NCBI GenBank assembly: GCA_965203355.1
Contig: OZ241889.1
Coordinates: 192,001-256,000 of the forward strand
Direction: 5' to 3'
From: Candidatus Latescibacterota bacterium
GTDB lineage: Bacteria; Latescibacterota; UBA2968; UBA8231
Length of the DNA: 64,000 bases
This document shows positions 20,548-29,200 of this stretch, one piece after another. The first letter of the stretch is position 1. Each line of letters starts with the position of its first letter. Position numbers and translations under genes: made by a program. The notes beneath the pieces are model-generated. The model was not told the DNA's origin, did no database searches, and saw only the letters and a list, made by a program, of their open reading frames with translations.

Positions 20548-21550
20548 GCCAGCCCAAACGGGGAGCGGCGTCCACATTGAGACTGTCGCAGACGCCGCGA
20601 CTAAGGTAGAAAGCTCCAACAGCCCCCACCATAGCAGCGTTATCTGTACACAAATCGTACGCCGGACAATGGAAGGCTAGGCCGCGGTGCTCAACCGCGA
20701 CGCGCAGCCGCTGGCGCAGCCGCTGGTTGGCGGCAACGCCGCCCGCAAGGCATACGGCCGCCACGTCTGCTCGCTCCAAGGCCAACAGGGTCTTGGCGAC
20801 CAAGGCATCCACTACGGCTTCTTGGAAGCTAGCGGCAATATGGGCGAGCTGCTGCGTACGCGCTTGCGGGGTAAGAGAGCGGACGTAGTGTAACACCGAG
20901 GTTTTGAGGCCACTGAAGCTGAAGTCCATCTCGTCCACGAGCGCACGGGGGAAATCAATAGCCTTGGAATCGCCAGCCTCGGCCAATTCGGCGATGAGCC
21001 TACCACCGGCCACCACCCCTTCTCCGGGCAGCAGGCCCAGCAGCTTAGCGACCTTGTCAAATGCCTCGCCAGCCGCGTCGTCGCGCGTACGGCCCAGCAC
21101 CTCGTATGAGCCGAGTTCGCGCACCAAGATCAACTCAGTGTGTCCGCCCGACACCAGCAGCGTCAGGAAAGGAGCCTCGACCTGCGCGGCGACCAAGTTG
21201 GAAAACACGTGGGCTTCCAAGTGGTGGACGCCTACTAGCGGCTTGTTGCACGCTAACGCCAACCCCTTGGCTAGTGACAGCCCCACGATCAACGACCCGA
21301 CTAAGCCAGGCCCTCGCGTCACTGCCACTCCATCCACTTCTTCCCACCCAACTCCTGCAGCCGCTAGGGCCTGTCGCACGACCGGCACCAAAGCACACAT
21401 ATGGGCGCGCGAAGCCAACTCGGGCACCACGCCCCCATATGGCGCGTGATCTTGCTGCGAGAAGATGATATTGGAATGCACGGCGTACGACTCATCAACT
21501 ACGGCCGCGGCCGTCTCATCACAGGAGGTCTCCAGCCCCAGTACCAACAC
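20540..21550 (-). CDS. tsaD: tRNA t6A threonylcarbamoyltransferase
   Basis: GLETSCDET, GGVVPELASRAH, HHLEAH, SGGHT, DDAAGEAFDK, CTDNAAM. Confidence 0.97.
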   Translation of the reverse strand: MLVLGLETSCDETAAAVVDESYAVHSNIIFSQQDHAPYGGVVPELASRAHMCALVPVVRQALAAAGVGWEEVDGVAVTRGPGLVGSLIVGLSLAKGLALACNKPLVGVHHLEAHVFSNLVAAQVEAPFLTLLVSGGHTELILVRELGSYEVLGRTRDDAAGEAFDKVAKLLGLLPGEGVVAGGRLIAELAEAGDSKAIDFPRALVDEMDFSFSGLKTSVLHYVRSLTPQARTQQLAHIAASFQEAVVDALVAKTLLALERADVAAVCLAGGVAANQRLRQRLRVAVEHRGLAFHCPAYDLCTDNAAMVGAVGAFYLSRGVCDSLNVDAAPRLGWRV

Positions 21551-21551
21551 G

Positions 21552-22514
21552 CTAGTAGCTCACCAAATCGACGTATGCCGGCGCGATCTCGCGCACCTCA
21601 AAAAGCGATGTTTCCGAGCTGTGCACTGGCAGCGCATTCCCCTGATATTCGGCGTAATCTACGTATAGCTCTATGTCGTGGGCTGGGTCGAGCTGGGTGA
21701 TCACGCCAACTCCACCGCGCACCTTGACTTGGGCGGTGGCCGGCTCGGGACGCAGGCGCATCCCGCCGGCATGACGCACGTTAATCGGCACTCCGATTAA
21801 ATCGTCCTCGGCTAACATCTGCACGGTGGCGCGTACGCGTACCGCCTCGGGTACCAACGAGAATTGCGTGTGCTCGGGATGTCGCAAAGACCACTTCACA
21901 TCCACATCTTCTCGGACATCCTGCAAAACCAGCGAATCCGTATCCACATAACGCAGTGCTGCGACCTGCTGCTGCGGGCCGATCACCCGGACAAACGCGG
22001 GATCGGCTAGCACCGGCGTCACCTGTACGTGGGCAGCAGCCACTTCTAGCCTCGCTTGCACCCGCACGGGCACGTCCCGTTCTATCCTCGGTGCTAAGGC
22101 TATTGCAATTTCTTTTGGTTCGAGAATTTCCTTGACTTCGACATCCAAGTCGGCCACCCGCTTGGTGATCTGGGAAGGAGTCAAGCGGTGGATTCGATTC
22201 TTGCCTTCGGCTCGTAACTTCAGGACAAAGGAATCGTCGTCCAAGTTAAACAGCAGATCCTTGCCCCCGCCAGTGACCAAGACGCGAACCGTGGAGGGCA
22301 CTTCACTGGCCAGCGCCATATCCCCATCCACCCCTTCGCCCGGCGGCGGGACTTCGATCCAGAGGCGCACTGCAATTTCTTTATCGTAGTACTTCTCTGT
22401 AACTGCGTGAAGCCACAGCGCAAAAGATAAGACCAAGGCACTTACCTTGATCCCCCAACTTCTTACACTGATGTTGGCCAACAATAGACCCCATAAGAAG
22501 AAGAGGCTCCGCAA
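21552..22514 (-). CDS. YbbR/CdaR-like protein
   Basis: N-terminal KVSALVLSFALW TM followed by repeated P..V.V.G beta domains. Confidence 0.75.
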   Translation of the reverse strand: MRSLFFLWGLLLANISVRSWGIKVSALVLSFALWLHAVTEKYYDKEIAVRLWIEVPPPGEGVDGDMALASEVPSTVRVLVTGGGKDLLFNLDDDSFVLKLRAEGKNRIHRLTPSQITKRVADLDVEVKEILEPKEIAIALAPRIERDVPVRVQARLEVAAAHVQVTPVLADPAFVRVIGPQQQVAALRYVDTDSLVLQDVREDVDVKWSLRHPEHTQFSLVPEAVRVRATVQMLAEDDLIGVPINVRHAGGMRLRPEPATAQVKVRGGVGVITQLDPAHDIELYVDYAEYQGNALPVHSSETSLFEVREIAPAYVDLVSY

Positions 22515-22575
22515 AAGGGGGCCTCTTCTCGTGATCTACTACTTTACCGCGTACCAAAGGCGAAGACGGGACCTC

Positions 22576-22770
22576 TTACTTAAACGATCGCTTGAGTTCC
22601 TCGCCGATACTCAACTCGCCGTTGTCAATTCTTATATGATACCCGCAACTTGGATTCGTGCAGACCCACGCTTTGTAGTGAATGGCTGCGCCGTCTCTTC
22701 CATAGTCGGAAAGCGGAATCAAAACGCCTTCCTTGCACTTCAAACACTCAGGAAAATCAACCTTTTCCAT
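22576..22770 (-). CDS. Small zinc-ribbon protein (64 aa)
   Basis: CLKC...CTNPSC; GGAGGAAGG RBS. Confidence 0.75.
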   Translation of the reverse strand: MEKVDFPECLKCKEGVLIPLSDYGRDGAAIHYKAWVCTNPSCGYHIRIDNGELSIGEELKRSFK

Positions 22771-22849
22771 CCGAGCCCTTCCTCCGGTTTTAACGTATAG
22801 TATAGCCCTCGAAGCTACACTTATTGTTCAATGTACTGGTGCCGTCCCA

Positions 22850-23323
22850 CTATGTCAATTGCCCAAGATGCACGGCGTATTCATATACGGCCCGCTCTTG
22901 GGCGGCTGTTTCCACCGAGCCGGGGCGCAGGCTCCGCACCTGCGTTAGGGCGTCAGCCGCACTGCTGCCCATGCTTACCAAATAACTCGCCAACATCGTG
23001 CCCGTGCGCCCCAAGCCCGCACTGCAATGGACCATCACCGGCCGTCCTTGCTTGACGGCCTCGTCAACGAATTGGACAAACGTCCGTATCTCCCCGAGCG
23101 AAGGCGACCGCATATCCTGTATGGGCAAGTGCAAGTACTCCATATCGCACGCCGCCACCTCGCCTGCTGGCAGGGCATTCGAGGTCAGCGACACAATCGC
23201 CTTTACACCCTGCGCCGCCAGCAAATCAAGATCGTCCTCCAACCGCTCGACCCCTTCCCAACCACCAATCTGCCCGGCACCTGCCAATCGGCCCTCCAAT
23301 AGCCAACCAAAGTTGAACACCAT
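22850..23323 (-). CDS. Dual-specificity (CX5R) protein phosphatase
   Basis: VHCSAGLGRTG P-loop, PIQD general-acid loop, RPGSVET..Q. Confidence 0.9.
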   Translation of the reverse strand: MVFNFGWLLEGRLAGAGQIGGWEGVERLEDDLDLLAAQGVKAIVSLTSNALPAGEVAACDMEYLHLPIQDMRSPSLGEIRTFVQFVDEAVKQGRPVMVHCSAGLGRTGTMLASYLVSMGSSAADALTQVRSLRPGSVETAAQERAVYEYAVHLGQLT

Positions 23324-23325
23324 AC

Positions 23326-23766
23326 TTAGCGGCCTTCATAGGCTGCCTGTGGACCTTCAACCCAGCTTTCGCCTTGATCCCCTACTTCCTTCTTCCATAT
23401 CGGCACGACCTGTTTGAGCCGATCAATGGCGTACTGACACGCGGCCAGAGCCTCGGCTCGATGCGGGCTAGCGACGGCAATTAACACGCTGACCTCCCCG
23501 ATTCCGAGCTTTCCTACGCGGTGAATCATCCCGACATCCACGACGCCCCACCGCGCCTTCAGTTCTTTGCCAATCTCCGCCATTTTCTTCTCGGCCATAG
23601 CTGGATAGGCTTCGTACACCAAGTACTCGGTTTTCTTATCCCCGGAGTGATTGCGCACCACGCCGGCAAACGTGGCCACCGCGCCATTCTCATCGCGCAC
23701 CACGTCGGCAAACAAATCGCTAGGTTCAATTGGGTCTTCGGTAATTTTGAACACGTCAGCCCCCAC
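23326..23766 (-). CDS. moaE: Molybdopterin synthase catalytic subunit
   Basis: GAVATFAGVVRN, YEAYPAMA, HRVG, PIWKKE. Confidence 0.95.
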   Translation of the reverse strand: MGADVFKITEDPIEPSDLFADVVRDENGAVATFAGVVRNHSGDKKTEYLVYEAYPAMAEKKMAEIGKELKARWGVVDVGMIHRVGKLGIGEVSVLIAVASPHRAEALAACQYAIDRLKQVVPIWKKEVGDQGESWVEGPQAAYEGR

Positions 23767-24001
23767 TGACCGGCGGAATAAAGGCTACCTCGTCCCCGGC
23801 TTGTAACGCGGTCTGGCTCTCCGCGTACTCGGAGTTGACCGCAATCGACAACACCTGCTGCACCGCGGCCAGTTGCGGATACGCAGCCACGAGTTCGCGC
23901 TGCAAGTCTGCGACTCGACAGCCTTCGGCAATTTCCCACTCACAGCTTCTGTGGCCGACGGCATCGCGGCAGGAAGCAAAAAATAAAACCTTGATCTTCA
24001 T
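23756..24001 (-). CDS. moaD: Molybdopterin synthase sulfur carrier
   Basis: MKIKVLFFA..GDEVAFIPPVSGG with C-terminal di-glycine; ATG at 24001. Confidence 0.93.
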   Translation of the reverse strand: MKIKVLFFASCRDAVGHRSCEWEIAEGCRVADLQRELVAAYPQLAAVQQVLSIAVNSEYAESQTALQAGDEVAFIPPVSGG

Positions 24002-24044
24002 CACCAAGTACCAATAACGCCGCCTGACGCAACGAGCCACGGCC

Positions 24045-24082
24045 AAAAAAGGAAATGGGACCCCTCATTGAGGCCCCATTTC
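24045..24082 (-). terminator. Rho-independent terminator after the 682-aa CTD protein
   Basis: Minus strand GAAATGGGGCC...GGTCCCATTTC followed by CTTTTTT. Confidence 0.7.
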
Positions 24083-24120
24083 ACTCAGTGATTACTGCTG
24101 TTATATCTCGCTGAGAAAAC

Positions 24121-26169
24121 TTACCTCAGCAGCACCATCTTGCGCTTAGCTACGTAGTCGCCAGCGTGGAGCAAGTAAAAATACATGCCGCTGGCCACGC
24201 TAGCACCGCTTTCGCTCCGGCCATCCCACACGGCTTGGTACTGACCTGCGGCCAACGCCTCGCCGTCAACCAGCTTGCGCACGACCTGACCCGCGATGTT
24301 GTAAATCGTCAGGGAGACGATTGCATCGCTGCTCAGAGCGTAGGGAATCGTGGTTTCCGGATTAAACGGGTTAGGATAGTTTTGACTCAGCGAGCTAGCC
24401 AACGGCAGCGCGGCTAGTGGCTTAGCAGCAGCCCAAGCCGCGCTGAAGTCAATCGCTAAGTCGAGATGCTTGCCGGCCGCATTCTCTGTGGCGGTACTCG
24501 CCGTAATACTAAGGAAAGACACGACATCGGCGTCAACTTCGATCGACGAGTTGCCATGGGCATCTGTCGTATTGCGCACGAACGCGCTACCATGGGGGGG
24601 AATCGTGCCAATGCCGAGCACTGACACCCACTCCGTACTACGGTTGAACACATCCCACAAGATACGCTGCCCCTCGCCCGGCTCACCCCAGAGGTTGGTG
24701 AAATTGACCGAGTACGTGATCTCGCCGGGACTATCGTCGTCAACAGCTCCTGTGTCAACCCCAGAAGTCAACGCGTTGCCAACCAGCGGCGCGGTGGCCA
24801 CCAGCACTGGATCCGGCCGGTTGAGGTGAATGCTGCGACTCAACAACTCGGTGTCCAAGTAATCGCGTTCGCCAGACGACGGGCCCAAAGACACGCTGTG
24901 GACCACAATCCCCGCCTCCATATCCTCGGTAAAGTTGTCCGAGGTGACGAGGGTGAAGGTCCCCAGATCGGCATCTCCATCTACGGCTTCGCTAATAACA
25001 ACTGCGCCGCCCCGCACCTGATTGCCGGAAACTTCTACACCCGGTGCCGACAAGAGAAACGCACTGGAACCCCCAAATGTGGTGGCCTCTAGATCAAAGG
25101 CTTCGGCGGGCGACACCGTCAAGATGACCTCAACCTGCTTCACGCCGGCTAGTCCGGCCGCAGACACCACGACTGGGATTTTCGTACCTGGCCCCGCAAC
25201 TAGCTCGTTGAGGGCGTTATCATCGTTATTCAAGGAAACCTGCGAGACGAACATCAACTTGTCGGAGTCTGGAACTTCCCATGTGGCATTGAAGTCAACT
25301 TCCAAGGGAAGGGTGTCACCGGCTGGATTCACAGCAGTCGTACGCGCCTTAACGTCGAGCGAAGTCGCAGCCGCCTTTAGGTTGCCTTCGGCATCAAACT
25401 GTACTGCCGCATTCCCGTCCGCATCGGTCACATTCCGCAAGCATACGTACACGCCAGAGGGAACCTCGCCGACACCAAGCAGATAGACCGACCGCGAGCC
25501 GGTATTGGTGATGTCCCAAGCAATGGTCTGGCCCTTGGATGGGGCTCCATCATCGGTAAAATTGACCGAGAACTCGATCTCACCGGGGCTACCATCCGCG
25601 GCCGCACCTGTGCCGACCGAGGAATAAGCCTGGTTAAGGGTGAGTTCTGAGGTTGCCAGCATATTCGGCGGGGGCACGGCCCAATTGACGATAAACAATC
25701 CCTCGACGCCAAGGACATCCCGGTCCATAGACGACGGCCCAAGGGACACGCTACTCACTACGATCTCGGCGGGGGAATCCCTAGTAAAACTACTCGACAT
25801 CGTGAGGGTAAAAACACCCAAAGTACCATCGCCATCTACCGCCTCGCCGAGAGTGGCTACACCGCTTTTGATCTGGTCATCCCCCAGCAACTCCACGCCG
25901 GGCGAAAAACCAAAAGCAGGGGTAAAGGTCGTCGCCGCCAGATCAAAGGCATCCGCAGGCAATACCGTCAGGGTAACGTCAAACTGCTTTACCCCGACCA
26001 TTCCAGCAGCCGACAGTGGTACCTGGACTTGCTCTCCAGCATCAGCGGCGGCATGTTCCCCATCAAGCGAAATGACGACACTCGCGTTATTCCCGGCGAC
26101 AGCGGCACCACAGAATGCGAGCAACAGGGCGATGGCAAGAGGAAACGTCTTGCACAAGCTGTTCTGCAT
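24121..26169 (-). CDS. Secreted protein with duplicated cohesin-like plus Ig-like module and FlgD-like/T9SS-type CTD
   Basis: Signal peptide; ~280-aa internal duplication (VPLSAAGMVGVKQFDVTL / VVVSAAGLAGVKQVEVIL; SVSLGPSS twice; SPGEI.[FY]SVNFT twice); QNYPNPFNPETTI...SGMYFY...KMVLLR. Confidence 0.8.
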   Translation of the reverse strand: MQNSLCKTFPLAIALLLAFCGAAVAGNNASVVISLDGEHAAADAGEQVQVPLSAAGMVGVKQFDVTLTVLPADAFDLAATTFTPAFGFSPGVELLGDDQIKSGVATLGEAVDGDGTLGVFTLTMSSSFTRDSPAEIVVSSVSLGPSSMDRDVLGVEGLFIVNWAVPPPNMLATSELTLNQAYSSVGTGAAADGSPGEIEFSVNFTDDGAPSKGQTIAWDITNTGSRSVYLLGVGEVPSGVYVCLRNVTDADGNAAVQFDAEGNLKAAATSLDVKARTTAVNPAGDTLPLEVDFNATWEVPDSDKLMFVSQVSLNNDDNALNELVAGPGTKIPVVVSAAGLAGVKQVEVILTVSPAEAFDLEATTFGGSSAFLLSAPGVEVSGNQVRGGAVVISEAVDGDADLGTFTLVTSDNFTEDMEAGIVVHSVSLGPSSGERDYLDTELLSRSIHLNRPDPVLVATAPLVGNALTSGVDTGAVDDDSPGEITYSVNFTNLWGEPGEGQRILWDVFNRSTEWVSVLGIGTIPPHGSAFVRNTTDAHGNSSIEVDADVVSFLSITASTATENAAGKHLDLAIDFSAAWAAAKPLAALPLASSLSQNYPNPFNPETTIPYALSSDAIVSLTIYNIAGQVVRKLVDGEALAAGQYQAVWDGRSESGASVASGMYFYLLHAGDYVAKRKMVLLR

Positions 26170-26214
26170 GGTTGCTTCTCCTTCTATAATTGTAACCTGT
26201 TGATTTAATAGTGA

Positions 26215-26246
26215 AAATGGGACCCAAAAAATTGGGGCCCCATTTC
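26215..26246 (-). terminator. Stem-loop after the 1874-aa surface protein
   Basis: Minus strand GAAATGGGGCCCCAA-TTTT-TTGGGTCCCATTT; homologous to the 24045-24082 hairpin. Confidence 0.6.
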
Positions 26247-26269
26247 CCTAACTCGCTGTACAGTGGGTG

Positions 26270-29200
26270 CTACTTGAGCAGCAACATCTTCTGGATGTCG
26301 AGGAAATCACCGCCCGCCTGCAAGCGGTAGAAGTACATTCCCGACGACACGCTCTGGCCGCTATCGTTGGTCGCGTCCCACTCCACCGCGTAACGACCCG
26401 CCGCCTGATGCTCGGCGACCAGCGTCCGAATCGGCTGACCCAACACGTTATACACCGTCAGCACCACGTCCGCCGCCTGCGGCAACGCATACTGAATCGT
26501 CGTCTGCGGGTTGAACGGGTTCGGGTAGTTGGCCGCCAGCGAGAACACGGCCGGCCGCGTCTGCACCGAAATCGGCGCGGGCAATGCCAAGCGGTTGAAG
26601 CCCAACGCCCGGTCATACGTCTGGCTGTCGGTGATTTCGAGGGTCGTGTGCGCGATCTCGGTCGTTGGCCGGAACACTAAGCGCAGCATCAGTTCACCGT
26701 CCGAAACGACATCGCCGTGAGCGGCTACCGTCAACACGCCCGCTTGATCGGCCAACACCTGCGGCGTAGCAAATGCGCTCCCGCCCAGCGGCTGATCGGT
26801 CCGCACTTCGACGAAGGTCAACTGGTCGGCGTCATACGCCACCTGCAAGCCGTAGCCTTTGACCGCCACGAAATCGGCTAACCGCACATTAACGATGAAC
26901 TCTTCTCCTACGCTCGGCAGGGCTGTCGGCGCGTCCAGATACAGTCGCGCATCCGCATTCAGCCCGGTCCGCAACGGCACCGGCTTGCCCGCCACGGCCA
27001 CGCTGCGACCGAAATGGTCGGCCAACACGAAGAAGTCGTCGAAGTCAATCGTCCCATTCGGCGCCAGGTCAAACGCCGGATCAAACCCGGCGTCGCCCGC
27101 CGTCAAGCCGAAGCGGTCGGCCAACACGAAGAAATCGTCGAACCCAATGCGAGCGTCCGCACCGAACAGCCCCAACAGAGCCTGCCCTTGGCTATCGGCC
27201 ACCCGGTTGCGCACGGCCAACGCGGTATGCTCGACCGAACCGGTCTCGTTGTCTAAGTCGAAAGCACGCACCTGATAGGTGTAATGCACGCCATGCTGCG
27301 CCGTCTCATCGACGAAGGACGCGACCCCGGACGCCACCTCGGCGACCACGGAAAACGTTTCGTCTCCCACGGCGCGGCGATAGATGCGGTAGCCATGTAC
27401 GCCCACGACCGGCTCGACCGGTGCCGGGCCTAACGCGCCAGCCACGACTCCTTGCAGCACCTGATCCGACGGCGACAGCGTCCACGTCAGCGCGATGCGA
27501 CCGCCTTGATCGTCCGGCGCATCCAACACCTGTAGTGCGGACACAGCCAACGGTGCGATGTCGTCAGTCGCCCGCACGGCCTCGGCCGTCCAAGTAATCG
27601 ACGAACTCAGCACACTACTGACGACATTTAGCTTCGGCGCCACGCCGCGAGCGTAGGCCAACGCCTCCGGCAGCAACGACGCCAGCACCGGCCCCTCACC
27701 GCCCTGCGCGGCGTCCCGGCTGGCTTGCAACGTCGCCGCCATTTGCGCGTAAGGCTGGGTCAGGTCGTCGGCCTCGACGAACACGGCTTTGGCCACATGA
27801 TGCGTAGTGCGCCCCCCGCGCTCGGCGGCAATACCCCAGCGCGTCGAGACGTTGTCCAGCGTCGCCACGATAGCACGGCCCATCGCTACGCCGGGCACGG
27901 CATCCACTCGCGCCCACGGCACCATCTCATTTTCCAGCACCGGCAAGGCGCGGAAGATGCGATAGCTGTCCAGCGACTTATGATCAGCCGACAATTCCCA
28001 AGACAGCATTACGAAACCGCCTTGGTCGCCTTGGCCGTCCGCACCTTTGTAGTCTTCGGCGACCAAGTTAGTCGGCGCCGACAGCGGCGGCTCCACCACC
28101 GCCATGCTCACCGGCAGCGACTGACTCGCGCCGTTGGCATCCATGACCGTGTAGGTCGCAACCGTCTCGCCCATCGTCGTCGGCGTCCCGGAAATCGTCC
28201 GGGTGGCCGGGTCAAACGACAGCCCGGCCGGCAAACCCGACACGCTATACGTCAGCGGCGGGGTGCCCCCGGAGACGGCCGGCAACGTCAGGTTTGCTGG
28301 CACGTTAATGGCGAGTTGAATCATACTGTTGTCGTGCGAGTCGGCTGGATTGGCTTTGCCGGCTCCGCTGTTGAACAGACCGAACAACGCGCTCAAGTCG
28401 CCAAAATCCAGCATCGCGTTGACCGTAATCGTGAACATCAGCGAGACGCTTTCGTCGCCAGCCATGGCCGTGTAGGTGACTTCCATGGTTCCCTCGGCTT
28501 CTGGCGTCCCGGAAAGCGTCCGGGTGGCCGCGTCAAACGACAGCCCGGCCGGCAGCCCCGACACGCTATACGTGATGGTGCCTTCGCCGCCCAACGCCAC
28601 CGGCAGCACCAACGGCGTAATCGCCGTGCCCGCCGTGTAGGTGTGTACGGCAATCGAAGCACCATCGACAAAGGCCAAGGGGAGCATCATCTCCTTATCA
28701 TCGTCGCCGTCCATCATGCCGCTATCCATGTCGGTCAGCACCAGCGTCGCCGAACTCTCAGCAAAGCCCGGCAGCATCGCGTTGAGCACGATCGTCTCGT
28801 CGCCCTCGGCCATACCGTCGGAGACCGGATCAACCAACAGGCGTGTCGAACCCATAATCGAACCGGCGGCAATGGTAATGGTCGGATTGAACAGCGCCGA
28901 GTAGTCCGTGTCGCGCGTGGCACTACTCGCAGCCGCGTCAATCGAAACGGAGACCGTCGCGTTCTCAGCCAGCGGCTTGCCGTCCAGCGCGGCCATGACC
29001 ATCACTTCCGTCAATTCGGCTGACTCGCTGATCGCGCTCGGCATTACCGACAGCACCAAAGACGTGCTGGGCGTTTCGTCGTCGGAAATGCGGATGTCCA
29101 CCTGCGCCCAACCGCCCGAAGCCGCCGCCCGAACACCCAAGTGCTTATGGCCGTCCGCCGAAGCATTGTCAATGGGCGACAGGAACAGCGTCGTCCAGCC

